DNA of 64,000 nt from Microcystaceae cyanobacterium (GCA_041746575.1 JBGTGT010000113.1:26017-90016); one strand, 5' to 3'. Positions 9,508 to 19,921 are shown, counted from the first letter of the stretch. Numbers and translations: made by a program. The notes: a model not told the origin generated them from the sequence alone.

Positions 9508-10938
9508 CTAAACAAAAGCTTTTTCTTTTCGTTCTTTAAGATAGGCAAAAAATTCTCTTCCTTCTCGTAAACGACGGACTAACATTTGAGGGTCTTCCAA
9601 CATCTCTTGTACGATCGGAATAATTGCTTTCGGACGAAAATAGAAACGACGATACATCTTTTCTACGGCATTCTCAATTTGTGTAGCAGAGAGATTTGGA
9701 TAGGCTAACGTCGATAATTGAATGCCCGAAGACGTAACTAAGTCTTTGCTCGTAAACCAGCCATTTTCTTGCGCTTGGTGGTATAATTCCGTTCCAGGAT
9801 AAGGCGCGGCAATCGACACTTGAATAGTATGAGGATTAACCTCACAAGCAAAGCGAATGGTTTCTTCGATGGTTTCTTGATTTTCGTTGGGAAGACCAAT
9901 AATGAAGGTTCCATGCACTTTGATGCCCAATTTTTGGCAATTTTCCATAAATTTACGGGCAACTTCTAATTTAATCCCTTTACGAATACCTTCAAGAATG
10001 TCCTGATTTCCCGATTCAAAGCCGACTAAAAGTAGCCTCAAACCATTATTTTTCAGCGTTTTTAGGGTATCGTAATCTAAATTGGCACGAGCATTACAAC
10101 TCCACGTTAAGTTTAACCGCTTAAGATGTTCACTAATGGCGATCGCTCTTTGTTTATCGATAGTAAAAGTATCATCATCGAACATATACTCCCTAACTGT
10201 ATCTTCAAAGAGGTATTTCGCTTTTTCCATTTCTTTTCCCACGGCTTCGGGACTTTTTGCCCGATATTGATGCCCCCCAATGGTTTGCGGCCATAGGCAA
10301 AAGCTACATTTAGCGGGACATCCGCGCCCCGTATAAAAGGAAATATAAGGATGAAGAAGATAACCAATGAAATATTTTTTAATATCAAGATCTCGTTTAT
10401 AAATCGGTAATACGCTTGGCATAGCGTCCCAATCGTGGATTAATTGCCGTTCTGCAGTATGTTGAATCTTCCCTGTTTGATCTCGATAGCTTAATCCCTT
10501 AATGTCATTGTAGGGCTTTCCTTCGGCTAATTCTTGACAGGTATAGTCGAACTCATTGCGGCAGACAAAATCAATGACTGGGTTTTCTTCTAGGGTTTTT
10601 TGGGGTAAAACTGCCACATGCGCCCCAATTAAGCCAATTTCAGTGTCTGGCTTGTGCGCTTTAATCGCTTCTGCACATTGAATATCATTGAGTAAAGAAG
10701 GGGTGCTGGTGTGCATAATCACCAATTCGTAATCCTTAGCAATTTGTAGGACATCTTCTACACTTTGATGATGAGGGGGCGCATCAACGAGCTTACTGTC
10801 AGGCACTAAGGCAGCAGGTTGTGCTAGCCATGTCGGATACCAAAATGATGTGATTTCCCGTTTTGCTTGGTATCTTGCCCCTGCACCACCATCGAAACCA
10901 TCAAAAGAAGGAGGACTGAGAAAGAGGGTTTTTTTCAT
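9508..10938 (-). CDS. hpnJ: Hopanoid-associated B12-binding-like radical SAM protein
   Basis: N-terminal PPSFDGFDGGAGARYQAKREITSFWYPTWLAQ typical of HpnJ; CxxxCxxC (RGCPAKCSFC). Confidence 0.88.
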   Translation of the reverse strand: MKKTLFLSPPSFDGFDGGAGARYQAKREITSFWYPTWLAQPAALVPDSKLVDAPPHHQSVEDVLQIAKDYELVIMHTSTPSLLNDIQCAEAIKAHKPDTEIGLIGAHVAVLPQKTLEENPVIDFVCRNEFDYTCQELAEGKPYNDIKGLSYRDQTGKIQHTAERQLIHDWDAMPSVLPIYKRDLDIKKYFIGYLLHPYISFYTGRGCPAKCSFCLWPQTIGGHQYRAKSPEAVGKEMEKAKYLFEDTVREYMFDDDTFTIDKQRAIAISEHLKRLNLTWSCNARANLDYDTLKTLKNNGLRLLLVGFESGNQDILEGIRKGIKLEVARKFMENCQKLGIKVHGTFIIGLPNENQETIEETIRFACEVNPHTIQVSIAAPYPGTELYHQAQENGWFTSKDLVTSSGIQLSTLAYPNLSATQIENAVEKMYRRFYFRPKAIIPIVQEMLEDPQMLVRRLREGREFFAYLKERKEKAFV

Positions 10939-10998
10939 CTTAATTTTTTTTCACAACCGTACCCAATGATATAATGATAAATGATCAATGGAGAGACG

Positions 10999-11376
10999 TT
11001 ATAATTTTTTCACCATAAGAAGGGTTAAAAAAGTTGCAGAAAACCCCCAGAAAATACTCATTAGAGTATAAATCATAGATAACAAATATTCAGAATCTTT
11101 CACCAAAGCATTATTCTCCAAAGCAAAAGATGAAAAAGTAGTAAATCCGCCACAAAATCCTGTAATGAATAATAAATTAAAGTAGGGACTTAATAAGTAT
11201 CTTTCTGATAGTCCGGCAAAAATTCCAATTAGAATACAGCCTATTATATTAACCGTAAAGGTTGCCAAAGGAAAGTCCGTGGCTACTTTAGTAGAAATTA
11301 GAAAACTCAATAAATAACGGGTAAGACTGCCTAATCCTCCTCCGATAAAAATAATTAATAATTCAACGAATTTCAT
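10999..11376 (-). CDS. crcB: Fluoride channel CrcB/Fluc
   Basis: GGGLGSLTRY, TFTVNIIG and GFCGGFTTFSSF signatures. Confidence 0.93.
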   Translation of the reverse strand: MKFVELLIIFIGGGLGSLTRYLLSFLISTKVATDFPLATFTVNIIGCILIGIFAGLSERYLLSPYFNLLFITGFCGGFTTFSSFALENNALVKDSEYLLSMIYTLMSIFWGFSATFLTLLMVKKL

Positions 11377-11505
11377 TCCTTTAAATAAATAGGGTTTCTA
11401 CCAGAATACTAAAACTTGAACTTAATAATATTGAGATAAAGTTACTTTGACTGTAAGCTAGGTTATTGAAGCCGAATTATTGAACAATTTTTATTACTTA
11501 GCATT

Positions 11506-12270
11506 ATGGCCGGTCATAGTAAATGGGCAAACATTAAACGCCAAAAAGCCAGAGTTGACGCTAAAAAAGGCAAAACCTTCACTCAAATATCCAGAGCAAT
11601 TATTGTTGCCGCTAGAGAGGGATTACCCGACCCAGACGCTAATTTTCGCTTAAGAACAGCCATTGACAAAGCGAAGGCGGCCGGTATTCCCAATGATAAC
11701 ATCGAACGGGCGATCGCTAAGGGAGCAGGAACATATGAAAATGATAGTCAGTATGAAGAAATTCGCTACGAGGGTTATGGTGTGGGAGGAGTTGCCATTT
11801 TGATTGAAGCCTTAACAGATAATCGTAACCGTACTGCTGCCGATTTACGGTCAGCTTTTAGTAAAAATGGTGGAAATCTTGGAGAAACAGGGTGTGTAAG
11901 TTGGATGTTTGAACAAAAAGGGGTCGTACAACTTGAGGGAGACATTGATGAAGAGAAACTACTCGAAGTCTCCTTAGAAGGAGAAGCTGAACGTTATGAA
12001 CTTTTTGATGATGAAACTGAAAAAGGGGTAGAAGTCTTTACAGAGGTCGTAAATCTTGAAAATTTAAGCAGTACCTTAGAAAAAAAAGGATTCAATGTCA
12101 CTCAAGCGGAATTACGCTGGATTCCCAGTAATATTATTAATGTTGACGATGAAGAGATGGCGCAATCCTTAGTGAAATTGACGGATGCTTTGGAAGAATT
12201 GGATGACGTGCAGAATGTTACCGCTAATTTTGAGTTATCAGACAATTTCATTAAAAATTATGAATTATAA
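11506..12270 (+). CDS. yebC: YebC/PmpR family protein
   Basis: MAGHSKWANIK, YEGYG and TDNRNRT. Confidence 0.95.
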   Translation: MAGHSKWANIKRQKARVDAKKGKTFTQISRAIIVAAREGLPDPDANFRLRTAIDKAKAAGIPNDNIERAIAKGAGTYENDSQYEEIRYEGYGVGGVAILIEALTDNRNRTAADLRSAFSKNGGNLGETGCVSWMFEQKGVVQLEGDIDEEKLLEVSLEGEAERYELFDDETEKGVEVFTEVVNLENLSSTLEKKGFNVTQAELRWIPSNIINVDDEEMAQSLVKLTDALEELDDVQNVTANFELSDNFIKNYEL

Positions 12271-12376
12271 ATTTTATCTGAGATATTAAGGGAAACAAAT
12301 AAGGGAGTAATGGCTATATTATTATTGAAATAAAAGGCTTAATGAGATCTATTGAAATACCCAAATAACTTACTCT

Positions 12377-12889
12377 TTAATCAAATTTAACCCTTGCCAT
12401 TAAATAAGCATTAACATATTTTCCTTGACGAAAAGCAAATTTTTTAAGGGTTCCTTCAATGACAAAATTATATTTTTTATAAAGTGAAATGGCTGATTCA
12501 TTATCACAATAGACAAAGAGTTCTAATCGTTGTAAATTTAACCAATTTTCAGCTAAATTAATTAAGGATGCTAAGAGTTGAGAGCCAATTCCTTGACCCT
12601 GATAATCATCACGAATAGCCATCCCTAACGCGGTGACATGAGAGCGTCTTCCTTGTTGAGTTTCTAAGCTACCGATTCCAACGACGGTATCTTGATAAAT
12701 CGCCACTAAACCATGACCTTCTGTGGCAATTTGTTCAGTTTTTTTACGCAATTGATCCCGAGAAGTATAGGGAATTTGGAGGGTTCCCCATTGACAACGA
12801 GGAGAAAGAAGTATTGTCGCAATATCTTCCCAATCGGTACTTTCTACGCCTCGAATCACAATAGAAGAAGGTTGATGTTGAGTATCCAT
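12377..12889 (-). CDS. GNAT N-acetyltransferase (YhhY/AaaT-like)
   Basis: YQGQGIGSQL acetyl-CoA motif; NWLNLQRLELFVYCDN, AISLYKKYNFVIEG. Confidence 0.88.
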   Translation of the reverse strand: MDTQHQPSSIVIRGVESTDWEDIATILLSPRCQWGTLQIPYTSRDQLRKKTEQIATEGHGLVAIYQDTVVGIGSLETQQGRRSHVTALGMAIRDDYQGQGIGSQLLASLINLAENWLNLQRLELFVYCDNESAISLYKKYNFVIEGTLKKFAFRQGKYVNAYLMARVKFD

Positions 12890-12961
12890 AAAATAGCTAA
12901 GGAGTCAGACCAAAATTTTATGATTATTCGGTTAAGAAATAGAAAAATCATCGTGCCTTTT

Positions 12962-15475
12962 TTAATCCCCTTGACTCTGATCAATAAAAGTCTGTACTTT
13001 TTGCCGATAATCTCGTAAGGATTGATCTACCCATTCGCGATCTTCACTATTAGCATAAATATGAACTAACGGTTCACCGCCATCAGGTAAGATTAAAACC
13101 CAATTATCATTTTTTGGATTCATAATTTTAACGCCATCGGTTAATCTTAATTGTTCGGGGGTATGAATTTCTAACATATAACGCATCACCGCTCCTTTCA
13201 CTTTCCACGGACAACGAATCGTACAGGATTTATGACAAACTTTGGGGAGTTCTGCGCGCAGTTGCACTAAAGATCGCCCTTGAATCGTTAACATTTCTAA
13301 TAACTTAGCAATACTAAACATGGCATCGAAGCCAGGGTGCAATTTAGGGAAAATAAAGCCGATTTCTCCACTTCCCCCTAGCACTACATTGGGGTTATTT
13401 TGGGCGACCTCCATTAAAGCCGTTGGGTTCGCTTTGGTGCGAATAACACAGCTATCGTGGCGACGGGCAATCTGTTCAACCGCGCTAGACGCATGGACAG
13501 GAACTACCACCGTTCCCTTGGGATTTTCCGTGAGAATGACACTGACCATCAAAGCTGTCAACTGCTCCCCTCGCACGCTCAGCCCTCCTTCATCCACTAA
13601 AATAAACTGTTCTCCGTTGGCAGACACTTGTACGCCTAAATTGGCTTTCAAGACTTCCACCACTTGCCCCAGTTGCAACAAAAGCGTTTCTTTTTCGACA
13701 GGAGACACTGCCGATTGACGGAGACTGGCATTGAGAACAACGGCGTCACATTCAAATTTGGCAAGAATTTGCGGTAAAATTGCGCCTGAAACCCCATAAG
13801 CGTAATCAAGAACGATTTTTGTCTGACTGTTACTGATCGCGCTAATGTTCAATTGCGTTTCAAAGACCTTACGGTAAACCTCAATGACCTGTGCGGGATA
13901 GGACATATCCCCGATGTTTTCTAGTCCCACCCGTCGTAAATCTTCTTTGAAATAAGCTCCTTCGATTTTTTTCTCGATCGATTTAGAGATATTAATCCCT
14001 TTTTCGTCAAAAAATTCAATTAAGATGTAATCTGGGCGGTCTGGATGCGCTCTGGCGTGGACTCCCCCAATGACCCCTAGACGAGGGGCAAGGGTGCGAG
14101 AAATGGGTAAGGCGGTCGCTTGGAGGTTCTGTATATTGACGCCCACCGACATTAAGCCGGCAATCAGGGAACGACTCACCATACGAGAAACCCCGCGTTG
14201 GTCACGGGAAACAATGACTTGAGAACCGATTTTGAGGGTTGAACCGTAGGCTGCACCAAGTTTTACGGCAAATTCTGGGGTAATATCAATATTGGCTAAT
14301 CCGGTGACCCCTCTCTGCCCAAAAAGATTACGGTGAGCCGTGTTTCCCCATATCAAATTAATATTAAGGATTGCCCCTGATTCAATGCGCTTACTTGGCC
14401 AAACTCTGACATTCGGACTAATTTGCGCTTCTTCACCGACGGTAGAAAGGGGTCCAATAACAACCCCTTCTAAAACTTGAGCGCGACGGTCAACCCGAGT
14501 GCCTCTCGCAATGACACAGGCAGCTAAATAGGCTTCATCCCCAATTATCACCCCATTCCAAATAATCGGGCGTTTCAGGTCGGCACCTGCTCCAATGGTG
14601 ACATTGTCCCCAATCACCGTTCCCCCTTCAATAATGACCCCTGCCCCAATCCGACAGTTATCGCCAATAATGGTGGGGGATTCAACGATGGCACTGGGAT
14701 CAATATAGGTATTGTGACCAATCCATAGACCGGGCGACCGTTCAGGATAGGCAACATCGAGTTGCACTTTGCCGTATAAGGCATCATATTGGGCTTCCCG
14801 ATAAGCATCAAGGTGTCCTACATCGCACCAGTAACCCTCCGCAATAAAACCATACATCGGCTCTTCTTTTTCTAGTAATAAAGGAAAAAGATCCTTAGAA
14901 AAGTCACATTCTTCTGAGGAAGGTAGGTAGTCCAAAACGGACGGTTCGAGAATATAAATGCCCGTGTTGACGGTGTCAGAAAAAATTTCACTGGCGGCAG
15001 GTTTTTCCAAAAAACGGCGAATTCTTTGGTCTTTGTCGGTAATGACGACCCCAAACTCAATAGGATTGGGGACACGGGTTAAAACGAGGGTCGCCTTTGA
15101 TTGTTTTTCGTGGTGAAAAGCGATCGCCGCTTGGAGGTTAAAGTCAGTAATACTATCACCACTGATTACGATAAAGGTATCCTTCAACCATTCTTCAATT
15201 TTCTTGACACAACCGGCGGTCCCCAATGGTTGTTCATCTTCTACTGAATAGCGGATACTTAGACCAAATTCTGAACCATCTTGGAAGTAATCCTTCATCG
15301 TATCGGGTAGATAATGCAGCGTTGCAATAACTTCGGTAATTTCGTTTTTTCTAAGAAGATTAATAATATGTTCAGCAATGGGACGATTGAAAATGGGAAC
15401 CATGGGTTTAGGAAGATCACACGTGAGGGGTCGTAAGCGAGTTCCTGAGCCACCTGCCATTAATACTGCCCGCAT
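12962..15475 (-). CDS. Mannose-1-phosphate guanyltransferase-like NTP transferase + hexapeptide repeats + phosphohexomutase-like domain
   Basis: MAGGSGTRLRPLT/PKPMVP, EKP, LbH repeats (IGDNCRIGAG), then LFGQRGVTG PGM-like domain. Confidence 0.9.
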   Translation of the reverse strand: MRAVLMAGGSGTRLRPLTCDLPKPMVPIFNRPIAEHIINLLRKNEITEVIATLHYLPDTMKDYFQDGSEFGLSIRYSVEDEQPLGTAGCVKKIEEWLKDTFIVISGDSITDFNLQAAIAFHHEKQSKATLVLTRVPNPIEFGVVITDKDQRIRRFLEKPAASEIFSDTVNTGIYILEPSVLDYLPSSEECDFSKDLFPLLLEKEEPMYGFIAEGYWCDVGHLDAYREAQYDALYGKVQLDVAYPERSPGLWIGHNTYIDPSAIVESPTIIGDNCRIGAGVIIEGGTVIGDNVTIGAGADLKRPIIWNGVIIGDEAYLAACVIARGTRVDRRAQVLEGVVIGPLSTVGEEAQISPNVRVWPSKRIESGAILNINLIWGNTAHRNLFGQRGVTGLANIDITPEFAVKLGAAYGSTLKIGSQVIVSRDQRGVSRMVSRSLIAGLMSVGVNIQNLQATALPISRTLAPRLGVIGGVHARAHPDRPDYILIEFFDEKGINISKSIEKKIEGAYFKEDLRRVGLENIGDMSYPAQVIEVYRKVFETQLNISAISNSQTKIVLDYAYGVSGAILPQILAKFECDAVVLNASLRQSAVSPVEKETLLLQLGQVVEVLKANLGVQVSANGEQFILVDEGGLSVRGEQLTALMVSVILTENPKGTVVVPVHASSAVEQIARRHDSCVIRTKANPTALMEVAQNNPNVVLGGSGEIGFIFPKLHPGFDAMFSIAKLLEMLTIQGRSLVQLRAELPKVCHKSCTIRCPWKVKGAVMRYMLEIHTPEQLRLTDGVKIMNPKNDNWVLILPDGGEPLVHIYANSEDREWVDQSLRDYRQKVQTFIDQSQGD

Positions 15476-16010
15476 TCTATCCTCCTTATGCTTTAATTTT
15501 GTTAAATTTTCCTTCGTTAATCATCTTTACTTGTCTTTGTTAGGAAGAAAATCATCACTTTATCTTAGCATTGACTTTTAAAGCCGGAAATTATAAAAAA
15601 AAATTATCTTTATCAAGATCAATAATATTTATTTTTAAAGATTGTCAGGAAATTCTGATTTTTAGTGACTCAACGATAGAATAAGGCTTTCAGACTTCAT
15701 CTTCTCAACGAAATAATTAGGGTTTTCGCCTGCCGCTTGAAAAAACATTTCATTTTTATGATATAATACAAGTAAAATAGGGTTATAGTGACTTTAAAAA
15801 TTAAACAAAACGAAAAACCGTTACTGTACAAGGGTTTCGAAAAAAGCCCTCTTTTTTTTGTCAACAATTCTTAACTTTTGTAATGATAATTTTTTCAAAT
15901 ATGCTTTTAAGTATTTAATCATTTAAAATCATACATTTATTTTTTGTATGACCGAACTTTCATTTAATCTAAATAATCTAAGTAACTATAAAAATTTTCC
16001 GTAACTGCCT

Positions 16011-17138
16011 GTGACTACCATTCCCCCTGTTGACCTAGCCCGACAATACCAACATATCCGCCAAGAAGCAGACATAGCAGTGTTAGACGTTCTCCATTCT
16101 GGCCGCTACATTGGGGGTCAAGTGGTTAGCGATTTTGAGGAACAATTTGCCGCATATACAGGAGTTGACCATTGTTTAGCTTGTAATTCTGGAACAGACG
16201 CTCTTTATCTTGCGCTCAGAGCGTTAGAAATGGGGCAAGGGGATGAAGTAATAACCTCAACCTTTACCTTTATCGCCACTGCCGAGACGATTACCCTAGC
16301 AGGAGCAACCCCTGTTTTTATTGATATTGATTTAGAAACCTTCAATTTAGACCTCAATCAATTAGAAAAAGCCATCAATCCCCGTACTAAGGCGATTATG
16401 CCTGTCCACTTGTTTGGACAACCCGTTAATATGACTCAGGTGCAAGCCATTGCCGAGAAATATCACCTTTATATAATAGAAGATTGCGCTCAAGCGACAG
16501 GAGCGACATGGCAAGGTAAAAAAGTCGGAAGTATCGGTCATATTGGCTGTTTTAGCTTCTTTCCAACGAAAAACTTAGGAACATGCGGCGATGGAGGAGC
16601 AGTTACTACCGATGATCAAGCGATCGCAACAAAAATTCGCACGATTAAAGAACATGGTAGCCAAGTGCGTTACCGCCATGATGTAGTGGGCATTAATAGT
16701 CGTTTAGACGGCGTACAGGCGGCAATTTTGCAGGTTAAATTACGCTATCTAGACCAATGGAATGAACAAAGGGTCAAAATTGCCCATACTTACCAACGTT
16801 TACTAGAGCCGTTGCCTCACATAAGTTTACCTCAAGAAATCGTTGGGGGTGACCACGTGTGGAATCAATATACAATCTTGGTTAAAAATCAACACAGTCA
16901 AGATCATTCAACTAGAGATCAATTGCGAGAAAACTTACAGAAAAAAGGAATTATTTCGATGGTTTATTATCCCATTCCTTTACATTTGCAACCTGTCTAT
17001 CAAGGATTAGGTTACCCAAAAAGATGTTTTCCTAAAGCAGAAAAAGCCTGTTTTGAAGTATTATCTTTGCCGATGTTTCCCGATTTAACCTTTGAAGAAC
17101 AACAACAAGTGGCTTATGCTTTGAAAGAATTAATCTAA
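16011..17138 (+). CDS. DegT/DnrJ/EryC1/StrS PLP aminotransferase
   Basis: NSGTDAL, PVHLFG, IEDCAQA and FSFFPTKNLG (PLP lysine). Confidence 0.92.
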   Translation: MTTIPPVDLARQYQHIRQEADIAVLDVLHSGRYIGGQVVSDFEEQFAAYTGVDHCLACNSGTDALYLALRALEMGQGDEVITSTFTFIATAETITLAGATPVFIDIDLETFNLDLNQLEKAINPRTKAIMPVHLFGQPVNMTQVQAIAEKYHLYIIEDCAQATGATWQGKKVGSIGHIGCFSFFPTKNLGTCGDGGAVTTDDQAIATKIRTIKEHGSQVRYRHDVVGINSRLDGVQAAILQVKLRYLDQWNEQRVKIAHTYQRLLEPLPHISLPQEIVGGDHVWNQYTILVKNQHSQDHSTRDQLRENLQKKGIISMVYYPIPLHLQPVYQGLGYPKRCFPKAEKACFEVLSLPMFPDLTFEEQQQVAYALKELI

Positions 17139-17209
17139 GTTAACATCATGCCTAAAGGACGAGTCGAACAAAGACAAAGAAAAATGATAAATACGTTGTA
17201 TTGTAAAAT

Positions 17210-17866
17210 ATGACTCAAGAATATATCAATCAGATTGACTTAGATCTCTATAATCATTCTAACTGCGAAGAATTGGCAACTCAAGCGGTTAAAGGAAGGC
17301 ATTTGAAGCTTTTATCCTCCTCTGTTAACGCCGCCCTTCAAATATGCCTATGTGAAGACCAATATCAGGCATGGTTACCGCAACCTCAGTTAAGCTATCT
17401 TCAACCCACGAATCAAACGTATCAACCCGTTTCCTTCACTCGTTCACAAATTGAAGCGAAAATTCCCGAAATTATTGCTTTTACTGAAGCGGCAAAGGCT
17501 GTTCCCAATCAATACTTATGGGGAGGCACGTTACCCCCCCATTATGACTGTTCGGGATTAATTCAGTCTGCCTTTGCCTCCGTTGGAATTTGGATTCCGA
17601 GAGATTCTTATCAACAGGAAGCATTTGTCCACAAAATCACACAAGAAGAGCTAGAAGACGGGGATTTGATTTTTTTTGGTAAAGAAAAAGTAGATCATGT
17701 TGCCCTGTATTTAGGACAAGGCCATTATATTCATAGTTCAGGCGCAAAAGAAGGACGTAATGGCATTGCGATCGATCCTTTATCCCCTCAAGGTGATCAG
17801 ATTAGTCAGCATTATTACCGTAAATTGCGGAGTTTTGGCCGAGTAGTGCAGAGTTTTCGCCAATAA
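17210..17866 (+). CDS. NlpC/P60 (C40) peptidoglycan peptidase
   Basis: YLWGG, DCSG catalytic Cys, GDLIFF, HVALYLG..YIHSSG. Confidence 0.92.
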   Translation: MTQEYINQIDLDLYNHSNCEELATQAVKGRHLKLLSSSVNAALQICLCEDQYQAWLPQPQLSYLQPTNQTYQPVSFTRSQIEAKIPEIIAFTEAAKAVPNQYLWGGTLPPHYDCSGLIQSAFASVGIWIPRDSYQQEAFVHKITQEELEDGDLIFFGKEKVDHVALYLGQGHYIHSSGAKEGRNGIAIDPLSPQGDQISQHYYRKLRSFGRVVQSFRQ

Positions 17867-17889
17867 TTTAAGATACCCGTTAATCCTAC

Positions 17890-18447
17890 CTACTTCTTTT
17901 CAGAAGGGATAGAGGTTAAATTCAACAAGAATAAAGCGGCTCTTTGCGCCGTTGCCTCAGATAATCGGATTTGTTTAAGGGTAACAAGACCATCTGTCCT
18001 AAAAGAATCTCGAACAAGGGCTTTTTCTCCCACATTAAAGCTTGTTTCGTAAAAAATAGTCTTAATTCCCGCCGATATGACCAACTTTAAACAACTCAAA
18101 CAAGGTTCGAGGGTGACATAAATACTTGCTCCTTGGGTACTAATACCATGTTTTGCCGCCTGTGCGATCGCATTTGCTTCTGCATGAACAGCGCGAGACG
18201 GTAACTGACTTGAAGCGTCGCAACTACTCAATCCCGGATAACAAAACCCTTGTGCCGTACAATGAACCGATCCCGACGGTGACCCATTATAGCCTGTCGC
18301 CAACACTTGACGATCTTTAACAATGACTGCGCCAACCGGAAAAGCTAAACACGTCGAACGAGTGGCCGCCAGTTTTGCCATCATCAAAAAATATTCATCC
18401 CAAGTTGGCCGTTGTTCTTCTAGATTCATTGAGGTATTCTTCAGCAT
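17890..18447 (-). CDS. dCMP deaminase family protein
   Basis: RPTWDEYFL, ATGYNG, HAEANAI and PCLSC zinc motifs. Confidence 0.9.
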   Translation of the reverse strand: MLKNTSMNLEEQRPTWDEYFLMMAKLAATRSTCLAFPVGAVIVKDRQVLATGYNGSPSGSVHCTAQGFCYPGLSSCDASSQLPSRAVHAEANAIAQAAKHGISTQGASIYVTLEPCLSCLKLVISAGIKTIFYETSFNVGEKALVRDSFRTDGLVTLKQIRLSEATAQRAALFLLNLTSIPSEKK

Positions 18448-18450
18448 TAT

Positions 18451-18891
18451 TTAGACTTTTACCTCAATTCCCGTTGATCCAAAGCCTCCTGCACCCCGTT
18501 GGGTGTCCTCAAGCTGGATTACGTCTTGAATTTCCACCCGAATAATCGGACAGATTACCAATTGGGCAATTCTCATCCCCTTATTGATTTTAAAGGTTTT
18601 TTGACCATGATTAATCAAGATCACGCCGATTTCTCCCCGATACCCTTCATCGATAGTGCCGGGGGTATTTAGCACCGTAATTTGATATTTTAAAGCCAAT
18701 CCACTGCGAGGACGAATTTGTGCCTCTGTTTGTGGGGGTAATTGAATAGCGATTCCCGTACGAATTAAGCGACTTTGGGCAGGTAAAAGCTCTTTATCTT
18801 CAATTGAGATCAAATCTAACCCAGAATCATCAGGATGCTCGTATTGAGGAATAACCGCATCGGGATTCAACTTGAGAATTTTGAGGTACAT
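18451..18891 (-). CDS. dut: Trimeric dUTP diphosphatase
   Basis: SGLDL, PRSGLA, GTIDEGYRGE, RIAQLV, RGAGGFGSTG (motifs I-V). Confidence 0.96.
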   Translation of the reverse strand: MYLKILKLNPDAVIPQYEHPDDSGLDLISIEDKELLPAQSRLIRTGIAIQLPPQTEAQIRPRSGLALKYQITVLNTPGTIDEGYRGEIGVILINHGQKTFKINKGMRIAQLVICPIIRVEIQDVIQLEDTQRGAGGFGSTGIEVKV

Positions 18892-18926
18892 TTTGAGTTT
18901 TAGATTTTAGATGATTATCCTACTGT

Positions 18927-19220
18927 TTACTGTAGTCTTGTGGCCATTGTCATTAGTCCCTGCTGTCCGAGTAATAATTCCCGTAACAAGGTAATCAAAG
19001 CAACCCAAAGAATCGGACTAATATCTACGCCGCCTAAAGGAGGAATCAGCTTACGCATCGGAATTAATAAGGGTTCTGTCGTAATAATCACTAAATTGAC
19101 AGGAAAACGCTGTAAATTAATCGGGGGATACCATGTCAAGACGATCCGAATAATCAAGAGAACTGTCATTAAGCTAAAGAGTAGCCCCAAAAAAAACATG
19201 GCCAAGGGAAGTAAGTTCAT
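18927..19220 (-). CDS. YggT family membrane protein
   Basis: RIVLTWYP, TEPLLIP and PPLGGVDISP. Confidence 0.9.
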   Translation of the reverse strand: MNLLPLAMFFLGLLFSLMTVLLIIRIVLTWYPPINLQRFPVNLVIITTEPLLIPMRKLIPPLGGVDISPILWVALITLLRELLLGQQGLMTMATRLQ

Positions 19221-19305
19221 CGAAAATTCAATTACAATTTGTTACAGAATCTAGATTTATTTTACTGTTATTGTGAATTTTGCGGGACAAGACGATGGGT
19301 TAACC

Positions 19306-19752
19306 ATGACCAAAGAAACTTTGATTGAAACCCCTCAGCAACAACCCTTATCAGAACAAATCCAAGGGTTAGGACTGAATCAGATTCAACGCCATTTGTT
19401 TCTGTGCGCCGACCAAACTAAACCCAAGTGTTGTACGAAAGAGGAAGGGTTAGCGGCATGGGATTATTTAAAACGTCGTCTCAAAGAACTAGAATTAGAT
19501 AAAGTCACAGAAGCTCACTCTCACCTTGTTTTTCGTACTAAAGCGAACTGTTTGCGTGTTTGTATAGCCGGCCCAATTTTGTTAGTGTATCCCGATGGCG
19601 TTTGGTATCGTCAAGCCACCGCCGAAGTCATTGAACGGATTTTGCAGGAACACCTTATGAAAAATCAAATCGTCGAGGACTACGCTTTCGTTAAAACGCC
19701 CTTACCGATAACTCTTAATTTTTCTCAAGCGTCGGAGAAATCAGCGCAATAA
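19306..19752 (+). CDS. Thioredoxin-like [2Fe-2S] ferredoxin domain protein
   Basis: FLCADQTKPKCC and ANCLRVCIAGP..VYPDGVWY; ATG at 19306 preferred over GTG at 19273. Confidence 0.85.
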   Translation: MTKETLIETPQQQPLSEQIQGLGLNQIQRHLFLCADQTKPKCCTKEEGLAAWDYLKRRLKELELDKVTEAHSHLVFRTKANCLRVCIAGPILLVYPDGVWYRQATAEVIERILQEHLMKNQIVEDYAFVKTPLPITLNFSQASEKSAQ

Positions 19753-19921
19753 AGCTTAACTTTCCAAAAGGTTAGAACATCAATAGAGTAAACTAACATA
19801 GTTATTAGAGAGCTAATCGCTGATTGACTGATGGGTGTTTCTGTTTCTCCTGAATCAAGAATATCGTCTTTTCTGTCTTCTACAAGAAATGACCCTGCTT
19901 AACTTTGTAATGTGATGTATT

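Noticed and set aside
11377..11505. Fluoride riboswitch upstream of crcB
   Set aside because: No GGCGATGG..TGATGAC-type consensus on the minus strand; the spacer is plain AT-rich divergent promoter sequence
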